Source: a virus
Lineage: Duplodnaviria; Caudoviricetes
DNA: 64,000 nt
Reading direction: 5' to 3' (one strand)
Virus record (IMG/VR): IMGVR_UViG_3300020190_000004
A model generated the notes under the pieces. The model was given only the letters and a program-made list of their open reading frames with translations, was not told the origin of the DNA and ran no database searches. Each line of letters starts with the position of its first letter. The stretch's first letter is position 1. Of this stretch, positions 7,925 through 18,229 are shown piece after piece. The position numbers and the translations under genes are program-made.

Positions 7925-9466
7925 TCATTGGATTTGAATTTTTCCAATGACAGGTTCTACTTCAATAAGCGTCCCTGTGTGTTGTCCAGTAACTATATTA
8001 TTTATCTCAATGTAATTTTGTCCAAAATCAAAGGAAACTATAACAGAACCGGCGGGTATGCCCAGTCCTGACACAACTTTACCCGTCAAGTCGCCATTTT
8101 GTAAAAGGGTGCCTAATGACGGAAACACATTAGTTATTCTCTTATTAGCAGGCGTTGGTAATGTATTGTCAACATCTCCGGTAAAAGTAACAGTATTTAG
8201 AAGATAGCCAAAAGTCAGTTCGGTATTTGCATCTTCTATCTTAATCTCAATTTCATTAAGAGGTGTTACCCAAAAGTCGGCACCTGAAAAAGTTATAGTT
8301 GCACCGGTAACGCTTCCACTTTGAACTACAGCCTGAATATCTGGCGGCGACGGCGGGTTTACTGGGTTTGGTACCGGTCCAATTACCGACATTTGTATTG
8401 AATCGCCGTTAGTGTATGAAAAGCCTTGGTTTAATATAACAACTGAGTCAACTGAACCAAATACATTTGTAATAGCTCTAATTTTTGCATCCCTGCCGGT
8501 GTCAGAAATAACTGCAAGTTTTTGCGGCTCGCTGTCTATCTCTATTCCGTTGATATCAAAGAATGGAATTTTCCAATCATACGCTCCGTTGTTATTAATG
8601 TTATTGGCAAACTTGACCCATGTAGAAGATCCAAAAAGTCTGTAGTATAGGTTAACTCTTTGTATAGGTCCAGTGTTTGTCCAGGTTATAGGAAGAATTC
8701 CATCTGAAAAGTATTTTTCATTTGCGTTAGGAGTTTCAATTGTAAATCTTGGTGCTACATATCTTTCAGAAGAAGTATCTTGTTGATTAAACCCTGACAC
8801 ACGGTTTGAGTTGCTTCTTTCTGTTGTTGAGTCAAAGACTGGGTAATAAGTTTCAACAGTTATACCAAACTTAACAGTTGTTCTTGCATTTGTCTGGTAA
8901 GTAAATTCAAAAGTTTTGTCTACTGTGTAGTCTTCAGAAAAGCTTGCTTGGCATGGTATTCTTAATCCTCTAAAGTTAACCGAGAATACTTGTACTTTAT
9001 AGAATGTTTCCATGACTGCTTGTTCAATCTTGAAAGCATCTAGGTTGGTGTCTACTTCTACCTCTACATCAAAGTTCATTGTGATAGGCAAAGAGTTTAA
9101 GTAAGCACTAAACGTTTGTAATTGACCGTTTACTTCTTTAACATAATTGCCTCTCACAAAACGGTGAGTCATTTTTGCTGTGTCGATGGTCTTTGCTGTC
9201 ATTGTTGCAATCCCTCTTGGTATTACATCATAGTTTCCGTCAGCGTGACGAGGGTTAATACAATCATTCCACTCTAAAAAGTAGTCTTGTAAGAATCTTT
9301 CATCGCCACCCATGTTATAGAAGAACGGAACGTATACCGTATCTATAGAAGTATCTGATAAGATGTTATCAAAGAAGATTTTGCTGTTAAGCAGGTTAAC
9401 AAACCCTACTATGACAGCTCGTGAATGGACGTTATCGGTGTTGTATTTATGTAAAAATTCTCCCAT
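7925..9466 (-). CDS. Tail sheath stabilizer/completion protein (gp15-like N-terminus) with C-terminal beta-rich Ig-like extension
   Basis: VP..Y....RFL, P.T.NF.V....D...DAFKI.Q.....F pattern in the N-half; TPN..E....G...ITW...G...RVNLYY...N.G.YDW.IP in the C-half. Confidence 0.6.
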   Translation of the reverse strand: MGEFLHKYNTDNVHSRAVIVGFVNLLNSKIFFDNILSDTSIDTVYVPFFYNMGGDERFLQDYFLEWNDCINPRHADGNYDVIPRGIATMTAKTIDTAKMTHRFVRGNYVKEVNGQLQTFSAYLNSLPITMNFDVEVEVDTNLDAFKIEQAVMETFYKVQVFSVNFRGLRIPCQASFSEDYTVDKTFEFTYQTNARTTVKFGITVETYYPVFDSTTERSNSNRVSGFNQQDTSSERYVAPRFTIETPNANEKYFSDGILPITWTNTGPIQRVNLYYRLFGSSTWVKFANNINNNGAYDWKIPFFDINGIEIDSEPQKLAVISDTGRDAKIRAITNVFGSVDSVVILNQGFSYTNGDSIQMSVIGPVPNPVNPPSPPDIQAVVQSGSVTGATITFSGADFWVTPLNEIEIKIEDANTELTFGYLLNTVTFTGDVDNTLPTPANKRITNVFPSLGTLLQNGDLTGKVVSGLGIPAGSVIVSFDFGQNYIEINNIVTGQHTGTLIEVEPVIGKIQIQ

Positions 9467-9470
9467 TTAC

Positions 9471-9479
9471 GTATATATC
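9471..9479 (-). promoter_or_regulatory. Putative late promoter GATATATAC
   Basis: Immediately upstream of the ATG at 9466, overlapping the gp46 stop. Confidence 0.5.
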
Positions 9480-11154
9480 ATTCAATCTTTTCTAGCTTGA
9501 CATTGGAAAAACCGTTATTCTTCGAGATTTCTAAACGATAATCAAATATCTCTGTGGGTAATTGACTGTGGTTTATCACAAAGATGTTTAAGTTAAGTTC
9601 TCTACAAGTCTTATGCAAAACTTTTAGAATATGGTAAATACCGTCGCTATCTATAGATGAAAAGATTTCATCGAGGAATATAAGGTTTACCCCAGCAAAT
9701 TTCATTTTCATCAATCGAATAAGAGCGAGCAAAGCTGTAAAGTCAATTTTCTTTCTCTCACCAGTACTTAATTGATCAGGAGATACGTTAAAGCCGAGAT
9801 GTTGTATACTAACTTCAAATTCTTCATTAAAAGAAACCCGGTAGTCCATGTTTAAGTCCTGTAATACTTTACGAATTTCTGAATTAAGCAAAGGCAAGAT
9901 TCTTTTTATAGCAGTTAACTTAACACCTTTATCCCCAAAGATGTCTTCAATGATTTTGTAAAAGTTTGCTTTCTTTTCTTCGATATCTTTGCGATGAATT
10001 GCTTCATCTTTCTTTGTCTTAGAGTCATCGATGATGTTATTAAGCGAAGCTGTTTGACTATCATCAATTACCGATGTGTCAATGTTTTTATGTTCTTGTG
10101 AGAGAGAAGATCTTTGAGTTGAAGCAACGATCTTATTCTTATTCATGGTATCATACATTTCTTGTAGCTTTGCTCTCTTTTCTGACACTTCTCTCTGTGC
10201 AGTGCGAATTTTTTCAATTTCTTCCTCTGCCTCGCGATTCTTTTTAATATATTCCTCAAGAAGAGACTTGTGGTAGTCTGATGTAAGATCGCTTTCGCAA
10301 GTAGGACACTGTCCACCTTCATATAGACTAATCTTTTTATGTCTATCTTTACATTCATACTCAAGGGATAACTTAAGAGAGTCCCAAGAATTAAGAGATT
10401 CTTGGAGCTCTTCATCTTTCTTATTGACATTCGTTAGATATTCAGATGCTTTTTGAATATAAGAATCTAACTTTCGTATCTTTTCTTCTAGTTCTGCTTT
10501 CTTTTCTTCGCCGTCTTCTTTAAGCTTTTCATTGAGATTCTTAAGCTCATTTTGGGAATTTTGTATCGTTCTTTCTAAGACAGAAAGTTCGGTTAAGATG
10601 CTTTCAGCTTGTTCTTTCAAAACCTTTATCTGATACCTTACTTTCCATTTAATAGAGCCCAATATCTCCAAACCAAAAAGTCTGTCTATGATCATACGTT
10701 TATCATGGACCCGCATAGATATAAAACTTTTGAAATCATTTATGGAAAGACTTATCATATTATTGAAAACATAGAACGGTATTCCTAGTATTTCATCTTC
10801 AAGAAATTCTTGCATGTTTTTCTTACCCGCTTGGTCGTATTCTATGCCGTTTACAAACAGCTTGAATACATTAGGTGCTATGCCTCTCTCGATAGTTACC
10901 AATGTAGTTGGATTCTTTTCAAGATTGATTCTACAAAAAGCATTTCCGTTAAAACGATTTGGTATGTCACGCAAATGTTTGTTATCAAGTTTGCCGTAAA
11001 GGCCAAACTTAATTACATCAGATATTGTGCTTTTACCTGCGCCATTAGAACCAACGATCAGATAAAAGTTACCCTGCTGATCGTCAAATGTTATCTTCTG
11101 GGTATTATTTCCATAAGATCCAAAGTTTCTCCATTCTATACTAGTTATTTTCAT
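9478..11154 (-). CDS. gp46: Recombination exonuclease ATPase subunit (gp46/SbcC/Rad50-like)
   Basis: Walker A GSNGAGKST, CPTC zinc hook, LSTGE signature, IFLDEIFSSID, H-loop INH. Confidence 0.95.
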   Translation of the reverse strand: MKITSIEWRNFGSYGNNTQKITFDDQQGNFYLIVGSNGAGKSTISDVIKFGLYGKLDNKHLRDIPNRFNGNAFCRINLEKNPTTLVTIERGIAPNVFKLFVNGIEYDQAGKKNMQEFLEDEILGIPFYVFNNMISLSINDFKSFISMRVHDKRMIIDRLFGLEILGSIKWKVRYQIKVLKEQAESILTELSVLERTIQNSQNELKNLNEKLKEDGEEKKAELEEKIRKLDSYIQKASEYLTNVNKKDEELQESLNSWDSLKLSLEYECKDRHKKISLYEGGQCPTCESDLTSDYHKSLLEEYIKKNREAEEEIEKIRTAQREVSEKRAKLQEMYDTMNKNKIVASTQRSSLSQEHKNIDTSVIDDSQTASLNNIIDDSKTKKDEAIHRKDIEEKKANFYKIIEDIFGDKGVKLTAIKRILPLLNSEIRKVLQDLNMDYRVSFNEEFEVSIQHLGFNVSPDQLSTGERKKIDFTALLALIRLMKMKFAGVNLIFLDEIFSSIDSDGIYHILKVLHKTCRELNLNIFVINHSQLPTEIFDYRLEISKNNGFSNVKLEKIE

Positions 11155-12247
11155 AGGATTTCTTTTCTTCCATTTCTATAAGAGCTTCATGATACAAGCG
11201 GTTGCTCACTTCTTTTAGCTTTTCTTTAATCTGTCCTGTGTAAGGCAAAACATCTACATAATTTTCTATCATTGTAAGTAGACTTATTTCTTGTGATAAG
11301 CCGTCATTGCCAATTTCTTCAACAGATTCAGATTCTTCATCTGTTATGATAACATGATTGATTCTTCTATAGCCTGTAAAGTTCTCAATAAATGATGAGA
11401 ACGGAAACTTAAGGGACCAATGAGGCGTGATTAAGATATCAACAAAGTTATTGTAAAAAAGCTCTTGTAACTCATCAATGCTTTTCTCCATGATCCATTC
11501 TAATCTGTACTTTAAAAACTTGGGGGAAACAACATTTTCCCAGCATTGTTCTTGGTCTGTCTCAAGATCATATAACCAAACTGCTTTAGTATTACCCATA
11601 TCTGAACGAGTAAGTTCATAGGGGGTTCCAAGCATTCTCAAGTTTTTAAGTTTTTGTGAAAAGTGAATGTGACCTGAATAAACCCTGTTGTAACCTACAA
11701 ATATCTCTACATCATTACCTTCTTCTATCTTAGTGTAACGATTAAATGATAAACCTTTCACGTCAGCGTGACAAAACATTACATCAGCAGAATTAGCAGG
11801 ATCTTTAACAATGTCAGATAAATCGTGGTGATCTTCAACCCAAGGTAAGAAAAACATTTTCTTACCGCTAAGCGTTTCAACCATAGTAGGTTCTTCAAAG
11901 ACGGTTATATTTGACATATGTTTGAATATCTTCATGGAGTTAATCTCGTTTGAGTATTTCATAAAGATATCGTGATTACCCACAATTGTGTAAACGGGCA
12001 TGATATTGGTTATGGCCTCCATGATATGAATTGCTTTATTCATTACATAAAGGTTGATTGACTGTCTTGAGTCAAATGTATCACCACAGTGTACTACGAT
12101 ATCGCCCGGTCGACCGTGCTCTTTAAGAAGTGGTATGAATTGATTCATAAAGAAGTTCTCCATGATATCCATCCACTCTCTTGAGTTAGACCTAACCCCA
12201 AAGTGAGTGTCAGACACTAACCATACTCTTTTTGCATCGATTACCAT
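11141..12247 (-). CDS. gp47: Recombination nuclease subunit (gp47/SbcD/Mre11-like)
   Basis: SDTHFG, GDTFD, GNHD, SGHIH metallophosphoesterase motifs. Confidence 0.95.
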   Translation of the reverse strand: MVIDAKRVWLVSDTHFGVRSNSREWMDIMENFFMNQFIPLLKEHGRPGDIVVHCGDTFDSRQSINLYVMNKAIHIMEAITNIMPVYTIVGNHDIFMKYSNEINSMKIFKHMSNITVFEEPTMVETLSGKKMFFLPWVEDHHDLSDIVKDPANSADVMFCHADVKGLSFNRYTKIEEGNDVEIFVGYNRVYSGHIHFSQKLKNLRMLGTPYELTRSDMGNTKAVWLYDLETDQEQCWENVVSPKFLKYRLEWIMEKSIDELQELFYNNFVDILITPHWSLKFPFSSFIENFTGYRRINHVIITDEESESVEEIGNDGLSQEISLLTMIENYVDVLPYTGQIKEKLKEVSNRLYHEALIEMEEKKSYENN

Positions 12248-12672
12248 TAGAATAGTCTTTTAATTTTTCGTTTGGAAAAGATATGATACTTGGTATCAAG
12301 TTCTCTTAGAATTCTTTCTTTATGAACAGGCGCTAATTCATTATAGAGAACCTCATAGGGAATGCTCATAAACTCGGCTATGTTAATGAATTTATCAATA
12401 GCCGATATGTCAGCGTTATCAGGAAGTCTTTCTTCAAAGTAATAGTAAATGTTGGCAGCCTCACTCTTGGAAACTTTCTTGCTCTTCGAGAACTCTTCGT
12501 AGTATACTGATGTTAAGAATATCTGATAGATATCTTCTTGCAGTTGATTTTCTACAAACTCGTCATGTGCGTCTTTAGAAATAAATTCTGACTTAGCACT
12601 TATCTTACCAAAGATTTCGTACTCAATCTCACCTGTGTTGAATTTGTTATTAAAGATTTTGTCTTCTTTCAT
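12247..12672 (-). CDS. Hypothetical protein, possibly gp33-like late coactivator
   Basis: C-terminal IDKFINIAEFMSIPYEVLYNELAPVHKERILRE loosely parallels the gp33 helical pattern; weak. Confidence 0.35.
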   Translation of the reverse strand: MKEDKIFNNKFNTGEIEYEIFGKISAKSEFISKDAHDEFVENQLQEDIYQIFLTSVYYEEFSKSKKVSKSEAANIYYYFEERLPDNADISAIDKFINIAEFMSIPYEVLYNELAPVHKERILRELDTKYHIFSKRKIKRLF

Positions 12673-13973
12673 TAGTCATTGATTATTTGTGAGTCCAGAT
12701 CTTCGATTATTCTCATTAGGTCATAATTAATTAAGAACTTTTTTCTACTGTTTTTGTAACCATCGTCACGGTTTGCGATTAGTTTTAATGTGTACTCGCG
12801 GTTTGCGTGCATTACTTCATCTTGTATGATACCAAACATAGCGTCCACTGTGTGACCGAGCGCAGAAGATTCTGAAATGTTTGTTGCATTTAAGTCAGTG
12901 CTTCCAAAACCGCTACGGTTAACCTGTGTGGCTGTAATGACTGCCCAATCATTTCTCATTGCCATAGCTCTTAAATCTTCAGCAATTTGTTTGATCTTCA
13001 TGTACATATTCTCAGTATTAGGATTTCTCCAGTTCTTAAGTATGTTTACATAATCAAGAACAATTACCTTAAACTTAAAGCCTTTTAACTCTTCCATTTT
13101 TTTAAGCCACATTTCAATATCGGGAACGCCTGCAGCTGAAGTTGGAAATTCTTTAACGTAAAGTTTGCCTGGGACCTGTAAGCTATCATATCCTACGTTG
13201 GTAAGTTTCTTTTTCATGCCCACAGAGTCCTCAGCATTTTTACCATACTCTCTCATTGTGATACCAAGTAAGTTTGCACCAAGACGTTTTACAACTTTTC
13301 TATCTCTCATTTCAAGGGACAAGACGGCAGTGTTGTAACCTAATCTTACGCTGTTAGCAGCCATGTTAGCAAGCCAGATTGACTTACCAATCTTCATTTC
13401 ACCGATAAAACAAAAAAGTGCTTTAGAGTAAAACCCACCGCCAAGTACAAGGTCAACATAAGGAAAACCGGAGCTAAATGTATCTGTAGTGGGCTGATTA
13501 TGAGAGTCAGGATTAAAGAAATCAAGGCCTTCATCAAAACCAAACTGTATGTTGTTTCTGTCATTAATTAGAGACTTGGCGGTTTGTACAACTTCTTTAA
13601 CATTTTCAGCGTTAATGCTAGTAGTCTTTAAGTATGAAATAAGATCATAAACCGATAGGTCAAGATTCTTATATTCTATCCAAGCTTCTGAAGATTCTCT
13701 TAGCCATTCTTCATCATATTCGCTTAGGTCATTTTCAAAAAGAAGATGAATTTTGGACTCAGTCAAGTCTTCTTGCAGCCCTCTTGTTTTAGTAATTTCA
13801 ACTACTTGATTTTTTGTTGGTGCTTTTCCGTACCTGCCAATAAATTCTACTGATAAGTCATATATCTTTTTAATGTCTTCTGACTCAAAGAAGCGAGGCT
13901 TTACAATGTTTGTAAGCTCTTTCTTGTCCATCAAGTAATGATAGAATAATTTTTCTAAATGTGTTGATACCAT
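12672..13973 (-). CDS. gp41: Replicative DnaB-like helicase (gp41)
   Basis: Walker A GEMKIGKS, LSLEM, YVKEFPT, IVLDY, TATQVNR, SES motifs. Confidence 0.93.
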   Translation of the reverse strand: MVSTHLEKLFYHYLMDKKELTNIVKPRFFESEDIKKIYDLSVEFIGRYGKAPTKNQVVEITKTRGLQEDLTESKIHLLFENDLSEYDEEWLRESSEAWIEYKNLDLSVYDLISYLKTTSINAENVKEVVQTAKSLINDRNNIQFGFDEGLDFFNPDSHNQPTTDTFSSGFPYVDLVLGGGFYSKALFCFIGEMKIGKSIWLANMAANSVRLGYNTAVLSLEMRDRKVVKRLGANLLGITMREYGKNAEDSVGMKKKLTNVGYDSLQVPGKLYVKEFPTSAAGVPDIEMWLKKMEELKGFKFKVIVLDYVNILKNWRNPNTENMYMKIKQIAEDLRAMAMRNDWAVITATQVNRSGFGSTDLNATNISESSALGHTVDAMFGIIQDEVMHANREYTLKLIANRDDGYKNSRKKFLINYDLMRIIEDLDSQIIND

Positions 13974-13980
13974 ATAGTTG

Positions 13981-13989
13981 TTATATACA
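13981..13989 (-). promoter_or_regulatory. Putative middle-type promoter motif TGTATATAA
   Basis: Intergenic, just upstream of the gp41 ATG. Confidence 0.45.
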
Positions 13990-14004
13990 TCTTGGATAAA
14001 TAGT

Positions 14005-14319
14005 TCATACCCAACGGTGGCTATTCAGCTTATATGAGTTTGCTGAAGATTTGATTAGGTCTACATTAAAGTCTGCGGTTTCTTTATCTTCGGAAAGGTA
14101 GTCGAGAAAACCTCTTAGGTCTTTAATAGTGCCTAACACAATCTTCATTCTTTTCCAAATGGATTCTGCTGTGAAATCTTTCTCCAGCATATCCTGGTCC
14201 TCTAGTGTACTCACCAAGATATACTCGAGATCCTGATGACTTGGGTAGCCTTTCAAATCTTGGTATATCTCAAGTGCGTACTTTACAGGAAGCTTTCTAT
14301 GATTAATCTTCTGAGCCAT
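14005..14319 (-). CDS. Hypothetical protein
   Basis: 104 aa ORF between uvsX and gp41. Confidence 0.65.
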   Translation of the reverse strand: MAQKINHRKLPVKYALEIYQDLKGYPSHQDLEYILVSTLEDQDMLEKDFTAESIWKRMKIVLGTIKDLRGFLDYLSEDKETADFNVDLIKSSANSYKLNSHRWV

Positions 14320-15565
14320 CGCCGATATCCATTATGTCATCAGATATTTCACTTAAGTCATCTATCGAAGTGATGTTCGGTAACATGAATGTTTTCTTAA
14401 TTATGTTCTCATCAAGATCTCTTAGCACTTCTTCAGTAATAACTTTTGAAGTAAAGAATTCGTTAGGTGAAACAGTACATCCAATGTGTCGAACTGCAAT
14501 CGTGCGAGCGGTTGGTTTATCTTCAAAAAATAGTACTTTTTCGTTACCCGCGGCATCTTTATGAACAAAGCGAGTTTTGTTGATTTCTGTTCTCTTTTCG
14601 TTATTTGGTTCATCAGGACCGTACCACTTATCGACTTCTTTTTCAGTTAATAGCTTACCTTTTTGAATGCCAGCAGTTTCCCAGTTAATGAACTGTTCTA
14701 AACCAACGTAAGGATTCATACCTTTATAGAAGCTAATATGAAACTTAACAGGAAGAGGGCGAGCAAAGCGATTCTTAGCTGGTTTAGAAGTTACTACGAT
14801 ACCAGTTTTCATAGCGAATCCGTTTGCACCAATAGCGCCTTCTTTAAGACCAGCTTTAGATAACTGAACAATGATTGAAGCATTGTAGATTGCACCACCT
14901 CCGCCAGAAATTGTTTGTCCTGGGATAAACGAACCTATGGAAGCATAAGTGTGGTTAGTGAATATGAAAGGTATCTTAAATTCAGCTAAGTCTGTAGTAA
15001 TTACACGGAAAAGAGAACGAAGATCTTGCTGCTTCGTCATATCTTTCTTTTCACTACCTGAAGCTGCATCAGCGCGTTCTTTGGTAGTTGCGAGGTTTCC
15101 CAGTGAATCCAAGACAAGCATGATCTTTGGAAGTTCGGTGCCTTTATCCTTTGCTTTCTTTAATTGGTCACACAAGTTTGTAACAAAGTGACGTACTTCA
15201 AGTGAAGTGCTTACGGGTTGGTAACGAACGCCTTCTGGGTCGATGCCAAAGTTTTTCATCGTGTCTTCGTCTACGGCAGCTTCGGAATCACAGTATATAA
15301 TATGATATCCCATCCTCTGAGCTTCACGGCAGGCATTCAGGGTTAAGAAAGTTTTTCCGGTTCCTGACTCCCCTGCGAAGCAAATAGATCTGCTGTTTGG
15401 GATACCACCAAAAAGTGACCCTGTTAATTGCGCGTTAAATAGATAGTTGCCTGTTGGAATGTATTCATCTACTTTGGAGAAAGTGTTGTGAGTGATGATA
15501 GAGCCTTTAGGATTGATCTTAGTAAGTGCTGCATCTAATTCTGCGAAAGAAATTTTTTTTGCCAT
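14303..15565 (-). CDS. uvsX: RecA-like recombinase (UvsX)
   Basis: GESGTGKT, YCDSEAA, LVLDSLG, FTNH, GGG...YNAS motifs. Confidence 0.93.
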   Translation of the reverse strand: MAKKISFAELDAALTKINPKGSIITHNTFSKVDEYIPTGNYLFNAQLTGSLFGGIPNSRSICFAGESGTGKTFLTLNACREAQRMGYHIIYCDSEAAVDEDTMKNFGIDPEGVRYQPVSTSLEVRHFVTNLCDQLKKAKDKGTELPKIMLVLDSLGNLATTKERADAASGSEKKDMTKQQDLRSLFRVITTDLAEFKIPFIFTNHTYASIGSFIPGQTISGGGGAIYNASIIVQLSKAGLKEGAIGANGFAMKTGIVVTSKPAKNRFARPLPVKFHISFYKGMNPYVGLEQFINWETAGIQKGKLLTEKEVDKWYGPDEPNNEKRTEINKTRFVHKDAAGNEKVLFFEDKPTARTIAVRHIGCTVSPNEFFTSKVITEEVLRDLDENIIKKTFMLPNITSIDDLSEISDDIMDIGDGSED

Positions 15566-15566
15566 G

Positions 15567-15731
15567 TTATTTGATTTTTTTAAGTTCTGTCAAAGTTAGT
15601 TCTAAATCAGTGATTACTGAGTGTAACGGGTTTGACGGTTTTTTTTCGTATTCAGCTTTTGCCAACAGAATAGCAGCCCGAATGTTGCCTTCTATTCCGT
15701 CTAAAAGATTTTCTTCTTTTTTCTTTGCCAT
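15567..15731 (-). CDS. Small hypothetical protein (54 aa), missed by ORF track
   Basis: Manual translation MAKKKEENLLDGIEGNIRAAILLAKAEYEKKPSNPLHSVITDLELTLTELKKIK; fills the gap and stops 1 nt before the uvsX ATG. Confidence 0.65.
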   Translation of the reverse strand: MAKKKEENLLDGIEGNIRAAILLAKAEYEKKPSNPLHSVITDLELTLTELKKIK

Positions 15732-15785
15732 GATATTTACATTTAAGAAAAGATTAGCCTAATAAACTTATAGTGCGTATTATTT

Positions 15786-16028
15786 TCATACTTCTTCTTT
15801 TAGTTTTTTAGAATTCTTTCTAACATGCTTGACCCATTCACCTGCTATATCTTCATCTACATCAACCAGTCTCTCGGAAGATTGGACTTTTATCCTCTTC
15901 ACCTTGGCAATCGTTTCACGAGTCGGCTTGTCTTGAAGCTTATTCATCTTGGTTATCATAATTAGATATCCTACCATGTAGAGTACAAAGATGATTGTAC
16001 CCACAATAAACATTCCTGTGTTTTCCAT
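15786..16028 (-). CDS. Hypothetical membrane protein
   Basis: One N-terminal hydrophobic helix followed by a charged tail. Confidence 0.6.
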   Translation of the reverse strand: MENTGMFIVGTIIFVLYMVGYLIMITKMNKLQDKPTRETIAKVKRIKVQSSERLVDVDEDIAGEWVKHVRKNSKKLKEEV

Positions 16029-16226
16029 TTATTTTCTTTTACGGTGATCGTTTCTACGTTGTCTGATGGCTATAGCAAAAGCCAGTATTGAAGGAACCCA
16101 AATTCCCACAAATATACCTTCTAGTTTCTGCCCACTGAACCAAAGGGAAACCGAGTAGAGAAAAGAAATGAAGGCAAGTACGACGGGGTAATAGAGCCCC
16201 CAGAATTCAATTAGTTTGTTTTTCAT
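16029..16226 (-). CDS. Small two-helix membrane protein
   Basis: Two hydrophobic segments, GIFVGIWVPSIL motif. Confidence 0.65.
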   Translation of the reverse strand: MKNKLIEFWGLYYPVVLAFISFLYSVSLWFSGQKLEGIFVGIWVPSILAFAIAIRQRRNDHRKRK

Positions 16227-16237
16227 AGTTTTTGTTT

Positions 16238-17416
16238 TTAGAATAGTTGTGTTTTGACGATTAGTTCCGGCGAAAGCGCTGGTAAGCCAGTTGCTGCAAT
16301 GAATCGGTTAATTGGGTCAATGATACATTTTGCAAATTGTATGTCATAGTTAATAGGTGGAGCAATTTCTATCGGGTAGTTTCCAGGTAAGTAAGCAAAT
16401 ACATTTTCACCACCTTCGTTGTTCTTTGCATAATAGTATCTTACCTTATCTCCGCTTTTAATTAGCTGATACTTCCCTTTCCATTTGCTGTTATTTAATA
16501 AGTAATTGTGGAATCCTGCTGCGCGAGCGTGCATGGGACAGTGGTCATTAATGATAAACCGTTTACGGTCTTCAGATATTGCTTTTTCATAATCATTAAC
16601 ACTGGCCGACATAGAGATATTTTCAATGTTATCAAGCATAAAGGCTTCTTTTTCTCGCTTCAGCAAATCAGCAAATTTTCTCATGTTGAGTTTGTTTCTT
16701 TCTCTGAAGATTATTTTCAAAAGTTCTTTAAGTTTGTTACGAGCAAATAGAGGAGTTGAAGATTGAACAATTTCAACTCCAACCGCTTTGATTTTGTGCA
16801 AAGAATCATAGTATATACCGTCACCTGTGCCGTCTTTCCAAGAAAGATCCAAACAGTACTTTTTCTTTTTTAACAAGATTGCGGAGTAAGAGATAGTTTC
16901 CATTTCCAAAACCTGAATGTTTTCGGTACCAGTTTTCTCAGCATAAGACTTGTAAGCTTTCTCGATGTATTCTTTTATACGATGCTTATAGATTAGTTTA
17001 AGTAACTGGCGAGGGTCGCCTTCCCAATCACAGCCTCTAACCACATCTTCAAAAGTAATGTAACAAGAGTCAGTATCACCGTAGATGGAAACTTCTTTGT
17101 TTATTTTATTAACTTGGTTAAGACCTATGATTTTATGAAGCTCTTTATCACGATGCCAAAATTCAAGGAAGTAACGGTTAAAGATCTGTGCGGCAAATGC
17201 TCTTACCTCTTGTCCTTGCAGCGTAATTGCTTCAGCTACTTTTACATTATACCCGATAAAGTATGGAGAAGCAGTTGCACCGTATACTGAGTTAATGAAA
17301 ATCTTAATTGCTTGTTCCTCATTTTTCTTGAGATTCATAAGAACTTCCAAACGATTTATCTCTGCAATTATTTCTTCCCGACTTGAGGTCTTAGGATCAA
17401 TTCTGCAGTTCTTCAT
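16238..17416 (-). CDS. gp43B: Family B DNA polymerase, C-terminal half (fingers-palm-thumb)
   Basis: KIFINSVYG (motif B), YGDTDS (motif C), KKKY, GVEIVQSSTP; lacks exonuclease and motif A. Confidence 0.93.
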   Translation of the reverse strand: MKNCRIDPKTSSREEIIAEINRLEVLMNLKKNEEQAIKIFINSVYGATASPYFIGYNVKVAEAITLQGQEVRAFAAQIFNRYFLEFWHRDKELHKIIGLNQVNKINKEVSIYGDTDSCYITFEDVVRGCDWEGDPRQLLKLIYKHRIKEYIEKAYKSYAEKTGTENIQVLEMETISYSAILLKKKKYCLDLSWKDGTGDGIYYDSLHKIKAVGVEIVQSSTPLFARNKLKELLKIIFRERNKLNMRKFADLLKREKEAFMLDNIENISMSASVNDYEKAISEDRKRFIINDHCPMHARAAGFHNYLLNNSKWKGKYQLIKSGDKVRYYYAKNNEGGENVFAYLPGNYPIEIAPPINYDIQFAKCIIDPINRFIAATGLPALSPELIVKTQLF

Positions 17417-18181
17417 CTAATCAGCTTTTCCTATAATCATTTTTGTTTCAGACTCAATAGAGTGGAATATAAGACGGTCTTCATTCATGTATACCATCAA
17501 GTCTTCTTTGTCAAGATATGCAAACTGAGATTTGTAAACAGATACGTTTACTTCGATATCTTTGTTTTCAACCGAAAGCAAGTGCTTGTTAAAGCTTTTT
17601 CCACTTGCAGCAACTTCGCCATCTTTAAGGTTAAATGAAAGCAATTTTTGATCAGAGTCAATACTTGATAGAGCATTTACTTGAGATTGCAATTCTTTTG
17701 TAAGAACGAAGTTTACTTCAGCAGAAGCAACATCACCGATACGATCCATCATTTCATCTGTAATGTGTGTGAATAAACGAAGAGTTGCACATTGAAAGTT
17801 AATTTTAAGTGAGTCATTTTTTAAGATGATATCAGTACCAACCGTTCCGTCTGCTGTTTTTTCTGTAAACAGATTAAAAGTAACTTCAGATCCTTCAAAG
17901 TGAGAGAAAGATTTGATAAGTTTGTCAAGTGAGTAAACACCTAAGATAACCGGAGAAGTTACATCTTCAGGATTTGAGAATACCCGGCTAAGTTCGATTT
18001 TTGAAGACTTGACTACACTTCTTTCAGGCGTGTGAGTTTTTGCTTTTAAGTATTCGCTGTCGATTTCGATTAGAAGACTTCCTGAGATTGATGAGAATCG
18101 CTTAAGAAAGTTAGTTAGTTCCGCTGTTGATGTTAACTTGAGTTCCAGCTTTTGTGCAGTTGTTTTTTCTAATGTTTCCAT
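17417..18181 (-). CDS. gp45: Sliding clamp (gp45-like)
   Basis: LKRFSSI..SLLI N-terminus and GVYSL.K.I..F pattern; 254 aa; adjacent to polymerase half. Confidence 0.7.
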   Translation of the reverse strand: METLEKTTAQKLELKLTSTAELTNFLKRFSSISGSLLIEIDSEYLKAKTHTPERSVVKSSKIELSRVFSNPEDVTSPVILGVYSLDKLIKSFSHFEGSEVTFNLFTEKTADGTVGTDIILKNDSLKINFQCATLRLFTHITDEMMDRIGDVASAEVNFVLTKELQSQVNALSSIDSDQKLLSFNLKDGEVAASGKSFNKHLLSVENKDIEVNVSVYKSQFAYLDKEDLMVYMNEDRLIFHSIESETKMIIGKAD

Positions 18182-18203
18182 TTTTTGATTGTTTATTTAA
18201 GGT

Positions 18204-18212
18204 TTATATTCA
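18204..18212 (-). promoter_or_regulatory. Putative middle-type promoter motif TGAATATAA
   Basis: Intergenic, about 22 nt upstream of the clamp ATG. Confidence 0.45.
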
Positions 18213-18229
18213 ATACTTAATAATTAGTT

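Noticed and set aside
17411-17422. Clamp TAG directly followed in frame by the polymerase C-half ATG, suggesting a read-through clamp-polymerase fusion
   Set aside because: The same stop-ATG adjacency occurs with TAA (16029/16028) and with TAG (22858/22857), so tight gene packing is the simpler explanation; there is no evidence for a suppressor in this window.
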